A DNA stretch of 63,707 bases, the filler included, from Hyphochytrium catenoides (lineage: Eukaryota > Protista > Hyphochytriomycota): the NCBI GenBank assembly GCA_900088475.1. It is 7 parts of 7 records of this genome, joined end to end, with 100 filler letters (N's around TTAATTAATTAA, not from the genome) between each part and the next. Parts side by side here need not be neighbours in the genome. Positions count along the whole stretch, not along the records: positions 30,605 to 41,095 come from FLMG01004372.1; positions 41,196 to 52,598 come from FLMG01001755.1; 5 more parts are not named here. One strand, given 5' to 3'. The notes under the pieces are model-generated. The model saw only the letters and a list, made by a program, of their open reading frames with translations. It did no database searches and was not told where the DNA came from. Shown one piece after another: positions 35,201-47,355 of the stretch. The translations under genes and the position numbers were made by a program. Each line of letters begins with the position of its first letter. Positions within the stretch are counted from its first letter, which is position 1.

Positions 35201-38200
35201 AAGCCATGTCTGCACATAAATCCGTAGAAGGTTACGGCGATCGACGACTATCTTCGAGGCTCGCCTAACGCTCTTAAGGTTCCAAAGGACGTAGAGGACG
35301 AGCAGCGCACTGAACCAACAAAATGCGAACTAAGAGAGTCGACCCCCACTGCACCATGTGCTGGCATACTTGTAGTCGCAGGTAGTTGTCTGCATGGATT
35401 GCATGTTCCCATCCATCCCTTCCTCGGTAACTTCCGTTCATCTTGCTAGAGGAAGACAAAGAAGGCGCTGCACGCATTGTGAGCATCCTGCTAGAACATC
35501 ATTTCGTGGTCCACATTGCCAAGAGTTGTGAGGAGGTATGATCGACTTCAAGACAAAAAAGACCGTCGGAGGTCAATTGAAGCGAGAACTTCTTATAGCT
35601 ATCCTTGCCTCACCTCTCATATCGTTGACCATAGGTTATGGATTATGCGGGGAGGATCGGCCCTGAAGAGGTTCAGGCATTTCTAGTCGATCGGAATTTT
35701 GCAACCTTAGGCGCAGGGTCTCTTACTAAGCAGATCCGGCAGCTTGAAGAGGAAAGGGTTCGTTGCGCAAGCCTATTCTTTCTAACGCTCCCGCTAAATA
35801 TATGGGTGTTGTAGGCTACGCAGCTCTCCCGAAAGCGTCCCATCATCTGCACGAGTGATCGTACGGCTCCAGAGGATCTGCGAAGCTACATGGAGGTAAC
35901 TCCATGCCGTAACTCATGTGACCTGTACCTGTTAACATAACCTTGCGTTTAGGCGGGAATGGATGGATGTATTGGCAAACCTGTCACTGCCGAGGCTCTG
36001 CTGAGTACTGTCACTGCCGCAGTTCCATCTCACAAAACCTTAAATGCTTCTTTAGTAGGATCAGAGAAGGGTAATGGCCGTACTCTTTGTTGCTCATCTT
36101 CTTCCTATGAATGGTTCCTTATGGAAATACTGATCATAGCCCTCATTAGGTGCTGAGCGCACGAGCTCAAACTTAGAGACCCGCCAACTCCACGCTGTAG
36201 GGAGGTCTACTGCTGTGGTGGCATCGTCAATGACCAAGCCAGGTGGCTCATTGGCGGAAGATAGAGTAGACGAGATAGTTCACAGAAGATTTCAGGTGGG
36301 CCCTTTACTGTTCATGACTACCTCTCGCAGTTGTAGTCTCGACTATCAGCAACATTCCTCGTTAGCTGAGTAATTTTCTCAGATGGATGCGGACACTTGC
36401 ATTCCATACTGCGTCATTGGTAGAGCCCCACAAGATGGGGATAGAGACAGACAACGCTTCTTTTCCCTTGTGGTCACTCATGACACATTCGACACCTATG
36501 AAAGGCTGCAAATACTCTTCACACAGATTGTTGGCAAGTATCCCGGTCTACAGGTGACACAACGACCACACAGACTTCCCAAATGTGGTGACCACTGAGG
36601 AATCCGCGTCACCTTCCCTCCAGGTGCTTCTTTGGAACTACCCGGGACAAGCTTTTACGACCTTCCGAAGGGATGTGAGCCTGAATAACGTTTACTTGGC
36701 GGACTGTCTAGACGCTCTTCTTGTTCATGGTAGGAAGAGAGTACTTCATCTAAGGATATTGACCGTCTCGTTATGCTTTTGAACCTCTTCTCCGTTGACC
36801 ACTTTTGTCACATAGCTGGCTCTTACGGAACGAGAGAGTTCAACAACACACACCCTTTCTACCTGCTAGGGTAAGTCCTCAAACGACACATGCTTGTCTT
36901 TGAAAGAGGCTCATTTTGCCGCGTAAACAACTCTCCTTGTTGGCGGTGCAGGTTTGGGAATGGCGCAAGCATTTCATTATATCACGCGTATGCTCACCAT
37001 TCGGACTACGTCCGTGGTATCCTATCCTTCAACGGGTTCACCTTTGTGGACTCGCACCTTGCAGGTATGGGAAGTAGATTAACCACTACTCTGCGAGATG
37101 TAAGAGTAGTTGTATTGAAGTGTATCTTTCATCCACTCTATCACCAGGCATCGTACATGATTGTCTCAACGTCTTCAACTGCTCACCGCCATCGCGCCCA
37201 GATCTACCCGTTTACTTTTATACGCGTTTCATTTTCAGTGGCCAATACCTATCAACCGTAAGCGGATGTTGACGTTAGTTGCATGAGCCTCGTCTTGGCC
37301 TTAGCCGCTCCGTCCTTCACTTCCTCCTACACTCTGTAGGTGTCAACTCCGCTAGCACTCAACTTGTACACGGCTGTTACCAATCCTATAACGCTTGAGG
37401 GGCGGGTTCAACTCTGTATGGGCATACTGAAGCATGTTGACCTAAGATCGTTGCTGGACAAGATTGACGTAAGTTAACTTCTTCCAGATGCACTGTCTTC
37501 GCGGAAATTTTTCCTTAACCGTTAATACGCCTCACTGGGGTTACCAAACCTCAACCGTTCTCGTGCTTCCTCTGTTATGGTCGCCAACCCCATTTAGGCT
37601 CCACTCGTTGTAGTCCAGTCCCAGCAAAACGGGCTAGTGCGGCCGCTCCACGGAGATATGTTCATAGAGAAAAGAGGAGGGAGTAGTGCTTCAATACACA
37701 GGTCCTTAAAGAACAGAAAAGCACCCTGTGTTGTCCGGTAAGGTTTGATGGCCCTAACACTGTCTAGAAGCCGCAAAAAATCGTCCTACTCATCGTATTG
37801 CTTTGCCCAAACTGAACTGACGTATCGTACGCTTCAGCATTAGGGGGGGACATGAGCTCTTCCAAGAGAACAAAAAAGCAGTAATGACTCTTGTTGAGCA
37901 AATGGTGACAGGTTATCATGAACAATATGACGCTCTGTGGGACCCCAACAAGTATTTGAAGGAGCAACAAAGAGTTGACAAGGATGGTAGGTGCACCGCT
38001 TGCAGTACTTCTCTTTTCTCCTATATTGTGTGGCAGAGCCCTGCTTGAGTTTGCCTTGTTCATCTTAAGAACCCGCACGCCCCCTTCACTGTCTTGTCTT
38101 TGGCCATTGGTATTCTTTAGGTGAGGCGACGAACGTGGCCCCTCACTTTGAAGATGTCTTTCTTGAGCAAATCCTTAAAGTGGTTAAAGCGGCTGTTCCA

Positions 38201-41091
38201 TCGCCCTCGTTGGCTCAGCAAGAACAAGACTATAGGAGCCAAATTGCGAAGAGCGCAACGGAAGGAAAAACGACAGACCCGAGGACTGACAACGTCCCTG
38301 GTATGAAGTACTGATATCTTTCCATTTACTCCTGCGACTGTCGTTCCTAGCTTATCGCACAAGTTTTAAGCGTAAGGCTTGTGAGGAGAGGTGTACCTTC
38401 TTCGTGCTCACCGTAGCATCGTCTAAATACTGCAGATGCTTGGCAAGGGTTCAAAAAACAGAAACGTGAAGAAGCACAAAAACTTCGTGCGGCTCTTGGC
38501 GAAGTCTCATGTTCCGCAGCGCCAGATCACGCTACACCTGTTCGTGACCCTCTTCGTCCGAAGGCAAAAGGAGCTGATAGAATCGGCAAGGTGATAAACA
38601 CTGTACATGTTCCCTTTTCCTTCTGCTCTTAATCAAAACCTCCCATTATCTAACTTGTCCTTATTGGAGGTCTGTACTTCTCTTATAACATTATTGGCTC
38701 CCTGTCATTGTAGATACAGCTCTTCCAACTACATTCTGACTGCAAAACAAAAGGCATTTATAGATGTACTGGTATTAGAGTCTAACTTTATCTTTGCTTA
38801 GACTTTTCTTCCGCTCGACCCCACTCTCGCAGCGTTTGAGAAGTACGAACGCCAGGGGCCAGTTTCATCCTTGCCTTCAGGTATTGTCAAACTGGACTTA
38901 TGCTTGAGTGCCTGCGTCTTCACCAATCACCATGGCTTTCATCTACCTTAGGTGTACTCAACATGGCAGAGGTGAAGGAGTACATGGGATGGAGGGTGAA
39001 GAGAAATAAGAAGAGGTAAGGGGAGTGTTTCTTGTCATACCTTTGGTTGAAAAACGTAGGTCAGCTACTCGCCGCTCATTTTTGTGTGTTGACAGGCTAC
39101 GCCGCCTCGAACATGCTGCTAAACATATACAAAGAGCTGTACGGGGTTTTCTTGCCCGGAGGGTAGCGCTTGGTAAGTCAAGAGGAACATTTGGCCCTTT
39201 TGAAACATGGGACAGGTCACTAAATACACGATACTCCCAGGAAGAAGGCGGGAACAAGCAGCCCGAGTAATTCAGAGGGTGGAACGAGGCAGGCAGGGCA
39301 GGAGTCGGGCTAGACAGCGGGCAAAGGAGTTGTGGGCGGTAGGTTACTGGTCCAGACTTGTCAGCCGAATTAAATCCATCTGATGTAACCTCAACTGGGT
39401 TTTCCGTCCCACTTAACCGCATCATTGCTCATTCCAACAGGCTAAGATGCTACAGGCACGTTGGAGAGGAATGAGAGGCAGAAAACTTACGAACCGCAAG
39501 CGCTGTGAGCGGGCTGCTGTCCAACTTATCCAGAGAGTTGCCAGAGGTAAGATGACCTATAGATATCTGCCAGAGGGGAACAGTGTCAACTTATATGCCA
39601 GCGAGGTGTCAAGTTTCAAGATGGCGGGTTTGGTCTCGACATCGTACTAACAGAATGGTCAGGCTACTTGGCCCGAAAATACGTGAGAGGTCTGAAACAC
39701 AAGCGGAGACAAGCAGCTACCAAGATTCAGAAGGCCGTAAGGGCCCGTCAGGCTAGAAAGAAAGCGGCGAGAAAGCGGAAAGAGCGAAGAGCAGGCATAA
39801 GTATCCAGGTGCCGACATCTCATCTTCTCCTCAGGCTTTCCCAAGCCAATCTGTATGAAAGTTGTAGTAGGACAGGGCTTCCATGTTCACACGAGCTACG
39901 CTGTGGATTACCTTGATAGCTGAGTCCTCGTGTCACGGTATCCTGGTTTACACTTACAGAGCGTTTCTATGTCTCCTGGAATGCCCATCAACATAGAGAA
40001 TATACCGGGGCCACCTCGGCCGTCGACGGGCGCGGCGAGAGCGAGATCGTTATTTATTCTCGAAGAGCCAAGCGCAGGGTATTGAGTTTGGTCGTCAGCT
40101 GCTTTTAGAGCACAAGCTACAGGGTCAGTACTGGACTGAGATAACCTGCCGTCCTCGAATAGTGCTAGATAGTATGGTCATCAACACCATCTGACGACCC
40201 TCGTGTCGGTAGGTACCAAGCTGAAAAGTGAAGTCACTTTGCTTACTCAAGAGAAGGTGAAGGCCGAGAGCGAGGTGGACCGAGTGCTCGCAGAGATCAG
40301 CGAATTTGAAGAAGGGATTCGTCTCTTAGAGAAGGATATGCAGGACTTGACTAAATTGGGTAAGGCCATATTGAGCGGAACAGGAGCTCCTACGTCGATG
40401 CAGGGAATGGGGTTTTACGTTTGTCATTCAGGCTACTACGTACCGAGTTTATTATGCGGTTGAAGAGTCACCTAACCAAGGTAGTTCATCTACAGAAATC
40501 GAGACCGGAGGCGGTCGGGGGTTGAGTGACGACGCTCGGCTTCAGCTTCGAGAGCAGAAAATTCGTCTTGACCGTGAGTTTGGTTTAATGTTGAGTCGAA
40601 TTGCGGAAAGGAAAGAAGCTCTAGTAAAGCTCGAAAGCAAGCTACAAGCACTGGACACCCAGAGACAATCCAAGGAGGAAGAGCTGAAGGAGCTGGAGAG
40701 AAAGCTTGTTGTGCTCTTGGAGGAGCAGCAGATGGAACTTCAGCTTATAAGGCAGCGACAGGAGGCGACCACGGTAGGTCAAACGTTCGAAGACACCACG
40801 ATTTCTATCCCTTTTAGGGGTCCTTCTGGGCTTTTGCCTACTCTCATTCTTGTTGACTGGTTCAAAGAGTTTATCTATTCTCATCTCCCTCTCCTGTCCA
40901 AAGTTTGGCAAGCCGATAGATCGGGCCACAGCTGGTTTTGGCTTGGCTCAGTCGCCGGGAGCATTGGGGTCTGCGAATGGCCCTGCTGGACCTTCTGAAG
41001 AACAGAAGCAACAGGCAAACGCTCTAATGCAATCCACTGAGACCATGATGAAGTTCGGCTTTATGAGTACAGCTATGACCTACTTTAGCAG
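32274..41091 (+). CDS. Large multi-exon protein: conserved N-terminal domain + response-regulator receiver + alpha/beta-hydrolase-like domain + multiple IQ motifs + coiled coil (3' end lost in gap)
   Basis: More than 30 short exons. Receiver: ILVVAEED..AFLVDRN..PIICTS..AGMDGCIGKP. Hydrolase fold: VVTHDTFDT..LLWNYPGQ..FYLLGFGNGA..PLVVVQSQQNGLV..GGHELFQE. IQ motifs: IQRAVRGFLAR, IQRVERGRQGR, LQARWRGMRGR, IQRVARGYLAR, IQKAVRARQAR, IQRIYRGHLGR. Ends ...LMQSTETMMKFGFMSTAMTYFS at a donor site just before the gap. Confidence 0.85.
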
Positions 41092-41095
41092 GTAC

Positions 41096-41195
41096 NNNNN
41101 NNNNNNNNNNNNNNNNNNNNNNNNNNNNNNNNNNNNNNNTTAATTAATTAANNNNNNNNNNNNNNNNNNNNNNNNNNNNNNNNNNNNNNNNNNNN
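41096..41195. other. Assembly linker gap
   Basis: N44-TTAATTAATTAA-N44; it truncates the upstream gene. Confidence 0.97.
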
Positions 41196-42788
41196 AGAGA
41201 CCGAAGGGAGCTAGTAGGAGGAGCCAGACCAGACGCAGTGCCCTTGCCGGAGAGAGAAGAGTGAGCTTGGAGAGAGAAGAGCCAGAGCGAGCGAGCGAAA
41301 GAAAGAAAGAGAGAGATCTGATGGTAGGAGAGAGGATAGATGAGAGAGTGGAGATGCAGCAGGTGTCTTAATGAATAATTGAACGGGAGATAGAAGGGAA
41401 GTAACGCATGTGAACTCTTGTTCCACATCACCTCATAGAAAAAGGCAGTGTGGAAAAAGGTAGGTAGGACAGCCCTTCACCAGAGTGGATACTTCAGTGC
41501 AAGGAAGCTAGTAGCAGATGATGACCCCAAGACAATTTGAGAGGCATGCTCGACATCCTTCAGCCAGGAACAGCAAATGTACAGAGAACCTAAGACATAG
41601 GAAATGCTTCGTAGTCACTCCGGCTCATTCCTGTTACATTTATCCCTGGTGAGAGGCATTTGTACCTCAGCAGTAAGAGGAGGAGTTTTTCCACAAAGAT
41701 GATGATGTCATTCGAAAAGGTAAGAAGCAACGGGGTAGCCAGCAGCATCAGGTAGCCAGAGTTTTATAGTTTACCTCCAGCCCTTTGATAACATGTAACG
41801 GACAGGAAGAGGAAAGAGATAAAGTCTTTCCTAATCAGCTTAAACCGGCTTCTGATACCTTCTATCTCGGCACCCGCATAGATCTAGGGATATGTTCGGA
41901 CTTGGGCCATTTCTTTCTTCTCTTCAGGCTCGCCAAATGATCCACTACCTGCAGCCTAAGCTCTCTCGGATCACAAGTACTCCACTGTTTTGAAGGGGGA
42001 AGTAAAATAAACCGAAGCCAAAGCTTCTGTAGAAGAAGAGAATGCTCGCCGACAGAACTGGTGACTGATAGCTAGTACTAGGGCGTTTCAACAATCAAGC
42101 TGACGAGGGAAAAGAATGACGCAGTGGGCTTTGTAATGTTCTACAGAGGACGTATCCAATATGCCGTACCTTACTTCCATGACAGTGAATAGCGTTGGTC
42201 TTCCCCACTGGAATGTAGAAACCTGAACGTCCTTTTATTAGCCTCCTCGCAGAGAAGTCTACGAAGCATTGGAGACGGTAGCTGCTGCCGGTATCTCAAG
42301 GCATGGCATCGAAGATGCGAGGTTGCAGCTGAGTGAACCTTGGAAGAAGGCTATTATCTCGTTGATTTGAGGAAACAATTTCCGCATCTGTTACAAGATC
42401 TGCCAGTATGGGTGTAGGGAGGAGAGGCAATGGACTAGACTCTTCCAAAGATGTCTATTGAAGTGCTCTAGAGCCTCAGAGCCTCCCTACCCTGAGCGGA
42501 TAAGTCAATTTTTTCCATAAGAGTGACTGGTACCCTGCTAATCGGGCTGAAGGTAGGCTCCACTTTCGAATCTTCACTTGTCACATTCAGTGTTAGCATA
42601 ATAATAGGATGCCTCGAGGTTGAACTCACATGGCAGAAGTCGGTACGAGATGAAGGAAGAGAATTACCAACCTTGTCCGCTACGAGAAAGCATAAGGTCA
42701 CCGACGTTTCTTAGGCTTTATAAGTAGGTTCTTCCAATGCTCGCGAGCTACATAACAGCAAAAGCGGCCATCGCTACTCTATGTATAA

Positions 42789-45700
42789 TCAAACTACCTC
42801 CTCTGGCCTCCTATCCTCCTCTCTCACGTAGTAACCCTCCTCGTCGTACGGATTCCTAAGCACATCCTTATCATAGAGTTGGTACTTCTTTCTTGGTGGG
42901 TAGTTGTAAGGGTCATAGGCGCTAAGAAGCTCTTCTTGAGACAGTCCTTCCTGAGGCTGACCTGCTGGCCGGCCCGTAGCAGCAGCAAGATGAGCTGCCT
43001 CCTCTGGGTGCTGATAAGCAGAGAGAAACCAGAGTGGTATGGTTAGCAAACTCCATTTCCTTTGAGGTGAATGACGACCAGTGCGGTATCTGCTTTGTAA
43101 TTGGCAACAAGAAGCAAGAGAAACAAGCGAACCTAGGAATAGACGGAGACGCGCAGTAGCTGCTCTAAAATCTGCCAAGACGCAAGTGCCATTAACCACA
43201 CCACGGAGGAGACGAACATGAACGCACGAAGGATACAAAAGGAGCATAATCTGGACGGAGGGGGAGCGATATAGAACAGGCGGAGCGATGAGCGATAAGT
43301 CTCTTCTTTGCATTGGGGCCGGAAGGCTGAGCAAAGACTTTAATCACTCACCTCCATATCGAAGCTATCCTGCTCTACGGCGGCCTCAAGCGATGGCTTC
43401 GTAGTGCTAGGCTTATAAAACTTGGTAATCCGGAACCAGAAGATTACTGTTACGACGACAGGGATAGCGACGAGCGGAGCGCCTACGGCAAACTTTTCGA
43501 GCCCCAGTTGTCCTGCCAGCACCAGTTGGAAGATAATTGTGCTGACCATTACCTTGGCTACAATAGAGTTCCAAATACGTCCCTCGGTGCTAAAGTAGAC
43601 ATATGATGAAGTGAAAGACGAGTGGGGCAGTCGGTCAGCTGCAATAAGAGTAAAGCACTAGAAGTCGGAAGAGATGACCTGATGGCCACATACACAAAGG
43701 GATTGGAGCCCGAACCAGAGGAAAGTATTTGCAGTACTACTGCACAGGTAACGTGGTGGATACGACTAGTGTAACATATTCTCAACTGTGAGCACGGAGG
43801 AGGCGCTAATAAGTTGCCGAATGTACGGGAGAAAATGGGGCCACGGATTGACAAAGGCGACAACAAACCAGGACTGGCACACCAAGACACATGAAGTACC
43901 TGAACTCTGGGATGAAGACGTATAAGGCGTTATTCAGCGTCACGATGTATGCCAGGAAGAAGTATACAAGCGAAAAGGCCAGAACTAAGGGAGCGATGCA
44001 AGCGTAGGTTACGGTGATCGCGAAGATAAGCAGGTCCAGCGCAGTGTTCTCCGCATAGTTAGATTCCCCTACGGACAAAGAAAATGGTGTAAAAGGCTGT
44101 CATTGGATTGCACAGCGGCTTCTAGGAGGGTGAAGAATGCTTACCTGGCAGCCAGGCATCCCTCCTTTGCCGATTGCTCTTAGCGCGTCTCATTTTCAGC
44201 CAGGCTTTCACAAAGGGTCCGAGCCGTAGCAGTCGGAGAGGCAACACATTGAAAGCATTCAACATAGTATAGTTTATAAAGAAACTTGACTGCGGCGGAA
44301 GAGAGGTCGCGAGTAGATCCACAATGGAAGCTGGATGGTCAATAATCGTTTCAATCGCTCCCAACGCGGCACCAGCAAGAGTGACTCCCAACAGAACATT
44401 GAAGATCTGTCGAGACAAAGGCGCAAAAAAGAGGAAGGCACAGTAAGGACCTTCGTAAGCATGTACTCGTGTAACAATGGCATCCCTTCTGCTATAAAAG
44501 AAAAACATTTTCATTGACGACCTAGGAGAAAAGAGAAAATGCTTCTCGATAAAATCAAGAGAGACGGAAGTGGATGCTGAGAGGGTAGAGGACTTACATC
44601 AAAGAGGTAGAGCTTGGTGAACACGCCAAGCGAGATCGAGCTCCTGGTCCATCTGCCCTCCAGCTTGGAGAGGAACTTCAGAATACCGGGGAGCAGGGCC
44701 ATAAAGAGCTTCAAAACAAGGACAGGGAACAAGCCTTGAAAGAAGCCTGAGCCACAGTGGCAGAAAGTAGGACAAAGAATTATTAAGGAGAGTTTGGGCG
44801 TTGTTGCAGTAGTTGCTGTTTGATAGCTGCAGATAATAAAGTTTGCTTATCTTTTGGAGTTGGACGAACCAGAGAGGGGATGACAGTTATTCTCTCTCTT
44901 CTTTCATTTCTGTTGGACCTGCAGCGTGATGGCCTACCTCTAACGACAGGGGAAGAGTCCAGCACTGACTCCATAAAAGGGAATGTATCAAGCAACTGCG
45001 CTATATTGACCAAGCCGCTGACGAAGAACACTGGGATATACCAGAACAGAATAAGGAGGAAGACCAGGAAAGAGACCACGGCGACGCGCATTGACCGTTG
45101 CACTTTCCGTATCTTGAGGTTCTCCCACACAATCTCCTTGTTATCCGGTGCCTGATAGACGTCAAAGTGGAAGCGGTCCTTTGCCAGACGCGTTTGTGTA
45201 GCAGTGACGACCTTACTCCTTTGCGTAAGGGTTACGAAGCAGCAATGGGTGGGTTCCTGTTCAGAAGAAAGATTTCATTGCGGGTGATTAGCTTTGCCGG
45301 TAATAAGCAGACATACAAGGATGGCGGGAGAACAAGGTCCGGATAGATGATTGACGTGGATTACCATCATCTCACAGGAGGAAAGGAGTTGAGGAAGAGA
45401 AAATGCAACGGGAACTGCAGGGCCGACAGGGAGCTAATATGGTTGTTTTGTATACCCTCAGCCGTATCTCATCCTGAAGCTGTCTCATCTGGGTCTCCAG
45501 GTCGTCCAACTCTTCTTCATAGTAGGTGATGGAATCAACCTCTTGGGCTACGAGCTTTGCTTTGTGCTTAGGCCTCTCTCCGGTAGTCTGGGCTACCTGC
45601 CTGGCTGCCTCATAATTGATGATGGTCGCATCGTGCTGCTTCACCAGCTTCTGCAAGTCATCCTGGAAGGTCAAGTAGCAGATCGTAAGACAGAAAACGG

Positions 45701-47355
45701 GAGGACATGGGTATAAAAGAATTGTTTCTCTTCGTTAGTTGGGAGTGAATGTGGTAGGTAATAGAGAACCGCGACTAGCAAAAGACGAGACAGGGTGTGC
45801 TACGAGACGAGCAGCTAGGTTGGAGAAGTTCAGATCCTTGCAGGTTTAGCGTATTAAGAACTAGACTGAGTGATTAGGCCATCAAGAGCGTAAAGGCCAC
45901 AAGAGTCCCGAGGAGGTGCCCCTTTCACATGTCCCATTTGATAATAGGACCATACATCTGAATGAGCCTTTGCTTACCTTGGGCACCACCATATGCACCG
46001 CCCGAACTTGACCTGGAAAGATCTTTTCCATAAGTTTGGTTATCTCTGCGCTGTTCCTCTTTCCCTTGGGAATTTCCATAACTAGGATGGTGTAGCTTCG
46101 AGGCTCAACCCGCTTCAGGTCTAGATCTCGGTAGAAGGCAAAAATCTTATACTCTTGGTGTACGAAGTATAGGATCAGGGTCGTTAAGAAATAAACCCCA
46201 ACTAGTGTCAACCATAGCTGGAAGTTGAGGACGATGTAGATGGCGGGAGGGATGATGAGAGGAGAGACACATTAATCATGATGTCAGATCATCTTGCCAA
46301 CAAGGGTAAGTATGTTTAGCAGGTAGTGAATCAATCCATAGAGAAGATGAGGGTCGACATGAGGGGTACGGCAGCCATCTAATGTTTGATAATAGCATGA
46401 AAGCTGCCGATTGCTTCCTAAAGCCACAGGTAAACGCTTGCGAGAATGATGCACAATTGGCGGAAGGAAAGGACCCCACCTGTGGAAAATAGGAAAGAAG
46501 TTGTAGGATCGCATATTAGGAGAGAGCATACCTTCCATTCCTTAGAGGAAGAGTCGACATTCTCTATTGTGAGCTGCCGCAGCCCCGATCGCCCATTTCC
46601 CCCCGTAATATATAGCGGAAGGAGACAACCCAGACCATAGATGCCAAAGGCACCAAAAACCTTCAAACATAGACTACAGTGACAGCAGAGGGACAATCAG
46701 CACAATGGCCATTCAGTCATGGGTATGAGCTCTAATCGTAGCAAAAGTAAGCAGCAGAGGTACATCCAAAAAGCTGGATGTGAAGGTTATTGAACGGTCA
46801 GAGACAAAGCGAGTGAAGGAAAGAGGTACTCTAAGAAGAGCCTCAGGACAGGAACAATCTTTGGAAAGGAAAGGAACCCTTACCGATGGAAGCGAGTGAC
46901 GATGAGAGTGTCTAGTCCTCCATGCTCATATATAGTCTTGTCATCCATTCTCCAAAGCGAGCGCAGCCAACTAAAGAACCGTACCGGAGGAGGCTCTAAA
47001 GTCTCATGCGTCAAGAGCAGCTTCGGCGTGTAGATATGGCGAACCTATGCGGTAAGGTAAGAGAGGAGCGGAGGCATGTTGAGACGAAAGAAAGACCAGC
47101 TTATGAGGGAGGAGGGAGGAGGACGTGAAGGACGAATGGGGCAGGTGAGGGACAGGCCCTTGTGATACGGTCCGCAAGGGCCCCTACTTCCAATAGCCTT
47201 ACCCTTCGTCTCATAATGACAAAGAGGATCAGCAGCACGACACCAATGCTGCCAAAGATGATGAGGGATGTGTAGAAGGCACTAGAGTTGGCATTGAGCT
47301 CCTCATTTTTATCTCTCTGCTCCGCCGCTTGGGAGTTCTCCACGAAGGAACTCAT
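42789..47355 (-). CDS. OSCA/TMEM63 (CSC1/ERD4-like) mechanosensitive calcium-permeable channel
   Basis: Multi-exon. N-terminal TM then IYTPK, GLDTLI, LLPLYITG, YTILVMEIP, VDSITYY, CFVTL..QAPDNKEIVWENL, ILKFLSKLEG, LATSLPPQSSFFINY, YACIAPLVL..YFFLAY..NALYVF, STEGRIW, IIFQLVLAG. Confidence 0.94.
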
